From NCBI GenBank assembly GCA_021848325.1, contig JAJZUU010000009.1, positions 1,580 through 65,579 on the forward strand: a stretch of 64,000 bases of DNA. The letters run 5' to 3'. Position numbers and translations under genes: made by a program. This document shows, in pieces, positions 61,081 to 64,000 of the stretch. The DNA is from Pseudomonadota bacterium (GTDB lineage Bacteria; Pseudomonadota; Gammaproteobacteria; Burkholderiales; JAJZUU01). Below the pieces are notes generated by a model that was given only the letters and a program-made list of their open reading frames with translations, was not told where the DNA came from and did no database searches. The number at the start of each line of letters is the position of its first letter. The first letter of the stretch is position 1.

Positions 61081-61147
61081 CTTCCTAAATATTCGTTAAT
61101 AACGTCAACCAGCATCACGCTGAATGCCTTGAATCCCTCTGCATCCC

Positions 61148-61615
61148 TTATTTCCGGATCAGCTCAGCGGGGTTGCCAGCACGGTAGCCGTTCTCATTGT
61201 TAAAGAAGCCGGGGTTAGCGATGTTTGCCAGTTTCGCTTCCGGTTTGCCGCCATACGGGTTGATGGAACCCTCGGGGGTGGTGCGGATCGGGAACTTGAA
61301 GCGCTTCAAGGTGCCGTTACGGAACTTGATGGTCCACATGATGGAGTCGGAGCCGCGCAGGGGTTGCACGGAGCCACCCAGCGGAACGATGTCGGCATAG
61401 TGCCGTGCTTCGATCGCTTGTTGCGGGCAGATCTTCACGCAGGAGTAGCACTCCCAGCACTGCTCCGGTTCTTGGTTGAAAGCCTTCATGGCGTGGCCGG
61501 TCTCGGAGCCGTCCTTGTCCAGCTTCATCAGGTTGTGCGGGCAAATGTACATGCAGGCCGTCTTGTCTTGGCCTTTACAGCCATCACACTTGTCGGTGCG
61601 TACAAAGGTTGGCAT
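61148..61615 (-). CDS. aprB: adenylylsulfate (APS) reductase beta subunit
   Basis: 155 aa, MPTFVRTDKCDGCKG...CMYICPHNLM, with a second ferredoxin-type cluster CWECYSCVKICP. Confidence 0.95.
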   Translation of the reverse strand: MPTFVRTDKCDGCKGQDKTACMYICPHNLMKLDKDGSETGHAMKAFNQEPEQCWECYSCVKICPQQAIEARHYADIVPLGGSVQPLRGSDSIMWTIKFRNGTLKRFKFPIRTTPEGSINPYGGKPEAKLANIANPGFFNNENGYRAGNPAELIRK

Positions 61616-61682
61616 TATCTACTCTCCTTCTTCTCTCAAAAATAAAAGCCGGCCATTCACATAACCGGCAGGCCCAAAAAAG

Positions 61683-62900
61683 TTACTTGGCGGAATGCCC
61701 GGTGAGCTTCACTTCCACCCTGTCTTCCTGTTTGATGCTTGCGTAGTATTCGCGCAAAATAGCCAGCACCTCGGCACGGCTGAATTCAGCGGGCACTTCC
61801 GCATTTTCGGAAAGGGCCTTGCGCAGCTTGGTGCCGGACAGCAGCAGGCGGTCGGCTGGATCGTGCGGGCAGGTGCGTGCGGATGCCATGCCGCCGCACT
61901 TGTAGCACCAGAAGGTCCAGTCGATCTTGAGCGGTTTGGTTTCCAGCGCGCCCTGGGGGATCTCGTCGAAGATCTTCTGTGCATCGAACGGGCCGTAGTA
62001 GTCGCCTACGCCTGCGTGGTCGCGGCCAACGATCAGGTGCGAGCAGCCGTAGTTCTGGCGGAACAGGGCGTGCAGCAACGCTTCGCGCGGACCGGCGTAG
62101 CGCATGTCAAGCGGGTAGCCTGCCTGGATCACGGTATTCTTGACGAAGTATTTTTCGATCAGGGTACCGATCGCTTTGGAGCGCACATCGGCGGGAATGT
62201 CGCCGGGTTTCAACTTGCCGAGCAGGGAGTGGATCAGGACGCCGTCGCAGGTTTCCACGGCAATCTTGGCCAGATACTCATGGGAGCGGTGCATCGGGTT
62301 GCGGGTCTGGAACGCCGCTACCGTCGCCCATCCCTTGGACTCGAATAGTGCGCGGGTCTCGGCCGGAGTCAGGAATTGGTCACCATATTCTTGTTTGAAC
62401 GTGCCGGTAGAAAGCACTTTCACCGGGCCGGCCAGATTGACCTCGCCTTGCTCCATAACCATCTTGACGCCCGGATGCTCGGTGTCCGTGGTCTTGTACA
62501 CCATCATGCATTCATGGGCCTTGTCGATGGTGTACTTTTCGGTGATCTTCATGGTGGCCATGATCTCGCCGGACTCGCTGTCTACCAGGGCCACATCGGA
62601 GCCTTCCTTAAGGCCGTTGGCGGTGACCTGATCGGTGGAGAGGGTGATCGGGATCGGCCAGAACAGGCCATTAGCCATTTTGTAGCCGTCGCACACGCCT
62701 TGCCAGTCGGCGTGGGTCATGAAGCCATCAAGGGGGGTGAAGCCGCCAATACCCATCATAATCACGTCACCGCTTTCGCGGGATGAGATGCGTACTTTGG
62801 GGAGGCTCTTTGCGCGCTCCTGCTCGGCCTTGAGTTCCTGCCCTGCCAGAAGCAAAGACTTAAGCTCGCCGCCACCATGCGGTTTAACCAATCTCGACAT
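61683..62900 (-). CDS. sat: sulfate adenylyltransferase (ATP sulfurylase)
   Basis: 405 aa with [13 protein letters not shown] and GRDHAGVG motifs. Confidence 0.95.
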   Translation of the reverse strand: MSRLVKPHGGGELKSLLLAGQELKAEQERAKSLPKVRISSRESGDVIMMGIGGFTPLDGFMTHADWQGVCDGYKMANGLFWPIPITLSTDQVTANGLKEGSDVALVDSESGEIMATMKITEKYTIDKAHECMMVYKTTDTEHPGVKMVMEQGEVNLAGPVKVLSTGTFKQEYGDQFLTPAETRALFESKGWATVAAFQTRNPMHRSHEYLAKIAVETCDGVLIHSLLGKLKPGDIPADVRSKAIGTLIEKYFVKNTVIQAGYPLDMRYAGPREALLHALFRQNYGCSHLIVGRDHAGVGDYYGPFDAQKIFDEIPQGALETKPLKIDWTFWCYKCGGMASARTCPHDPADRLLLSGTKLRKALSENAEVPAEFSRAEVLAILREYYASIKQEDRVEVKLTGHSAK

Positions 62901-63109
62901 ATAGTTCTCCTATCCTTGTGGTCTCTCGTAAAATTAGGTACGGCCTTCTTTTAAAGATTAACGGTATTGTTATCACACAAGGATAGCATGGAATATTCGG
63001 AGATTCTTATCCATATATTTTATCTCCAGATAAGATTGAATTATAGGGATCGAGCAAATTGCGAGTTCATTTTCATATCCGAATCCTTGTGATCCGCGAG
63101 GCCAGGCGA

Positions 63110-63523
63110 TCAGGCATCGAAAAATGCCGGCATATCACTCTCTTCTACCCTGATTACGTCCAACCACGCCGGCTGATTTGCGCCGCCGGCGCGGGTAAGC
63201 TTTTTAGTGTCTTCGTAGACCATCTTCCAGCGGTTGTAGAGGCAATCGCTGATTCGGTGCATGCCTGCATCGAAAAAAGCGTTGTGGAGATCCCCGATGG
63301 TCTTGGCAAACGATTCTAGTTGCTCCAGTTGGGCGGCTGGATAGCCTTTTCTGCCGGGGTCGGTATATTTCATCAACTCCCTGCGGACAGCGTTCAGGAA
63401 TATTTTCTGTCCTTCCGTGAGAGCGCTCTCGTCGCGCTTGGTGCCGGCAAGGGCCAGAACGTCATCCATATATTGCCTGAGGCGCACCCCGAAGTCGAAG
63501 TTGCTGTAGTCGATCGATTTCAT
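63110..63523 (-). CDS. hypothetical protein
   Basis: 137-aa ORF, same strand as and upstream of sat. No family recognised. Confidence 0.5.
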   Translation of the reverse strand: MKSIDYSNFDFGVRLRQYMDDVLALAGTKRDESALTEGQKIFLNAVRRELMKYTDPGRKGYPAAQLEQLESFAKTIGDLHNAFFDAGMHRISDCLYNRWKMVYEDTKKLTRAGGANQPAWLDVIRVEESDMPAFFDA

Positions 63524-63702
63524 GGCATTACTTCCTGCAAAGTTACTTCAGCGTCTAGTGCGGCCTGCGGCGGTTTTCGGGTGCGTATCTTGCGCTCTTT
63601 CGCGCGGGTTTGCCCAGGGCCGGTATTGCGTAGGATGCCGGCAATGGGCATATCTCCGAGGCCGGCACTCAGGCCCAGCGAGGGGTATTCGGAGGCTTGC
63701 TC

Positions 63703-63966
63703 CTATAACAAATCGATCTCTAGGAACTCTCTGTGCGCCCCGACACCGTCAGCGTCTGCCGCCGGAATCGTTAGCACCTCTCGGACTTGCCTGTGGGCAT
63801 AGCCATGGACGTCCGCCTGAATAGTGATCGCAGTGTCTTGGGCCTCGAGAACCAGCGACAGGGCATCGTCCAGAACCTCGATCACGCGGAAAGTGCGGCC
63901 ATGAAGGGCTACAAGAAGTCCGATCATGTCGTGTAACTGGGCTAGCGATGGGCGCTGTTCCTTCAT
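63703..63966 (-). CDS. hypothetical protein
   Basis: 87-aa ORF with no family recognised. Confidence 0.35.
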   Translation of the reverse strand: MKEQRPSLAQLHDMIGLLVALHGRTFRVIEVLDDALSLVLEAQDTAITIQADVHGYAHRQVREVLTIPAADADGVGAHREFLEIDLL

Positions 63967-64000
63967 GGGCCGCGTATTGATGAGTCGGTTTTCGATTGTG

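Noticed and set aside
59059-61203. 714-aa ORF on the plus strand
   Set aside because: It is antisense to aprA and the aprB 3' end, and is a GC-rich shadow frame. The same reasoning applies to 1939-3186, 21496-22551, 24895-26511, 25146-26579, 49287-50516, 54854-56518 and 56753-57889.

Overview
High-GC (roughly 60-65%) betaproteobacterial chromosome segment. The sat-aprBA genes suggest a Thiobacillus-like sulfur oxidiser. Most of the window is conserved housekeeping sequence. Left of the island: ppsA (partial), feoAB, pyrG-kdsA-eno-ftsB, ygfZ, sdhCDAB-sdhE-ygfX, nadB, rpoE-rseABC-degP, lepA-lepB-rnc-era-recO-pdxJ-acpS-nagZ, a CDF transporter, efp, a UDG-family gene, uvrC and pgsA, followed by tRNA-Gly and tRNA-Cys. 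Right of the island: an aminotransferase, uvrB, ffs, dnaX-ybaB-recR, and sat-aprB-aprA followed by a YkgJ-like Cys-rich protein and a CbbQ/CbbO-type MoxR-vWA pair. The accessory part is a ~15.8-kb integrative element (32047-47820) inserted in the anticodon loop of the chromosomal tRNA-Leu(UAA) gene (leuZ position after pgsA-glyW-cysT). It leaves separated 5' and 3' tRNA halves flanked by a 9-bp direct repeat (GACTTAAAA). The element encodes a tyrosine integrase, two excisionase-type HTH proteins, a prim-pol/SF3-helicase-like replication protein and an iteron/AT-rich origin. It also has a GC-rich repeat array and a tightly coupled module of virion-like proteins (scaffold-like, Bbp16-cement-like, T7-gp14-like, three very large proteins). 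I see no recognisable major capsid, portal, terminase, tail or lysis genes. The most striking feature is that the element carries its own tRNA-Leu(UAA) gene on the opposite strand (47348-47645), interrupted by a 213-nt group I intron at the canonical U34/A35 position. It could therefore replace the tRNA that the integration destroys. All protein family calls are from motif and sequence recognition by eye and memory. No database searches were run, and starts were adjusted from the supplied ORF track using conserved N-termini, RBS-like sequences and overlapping stop/start codons.
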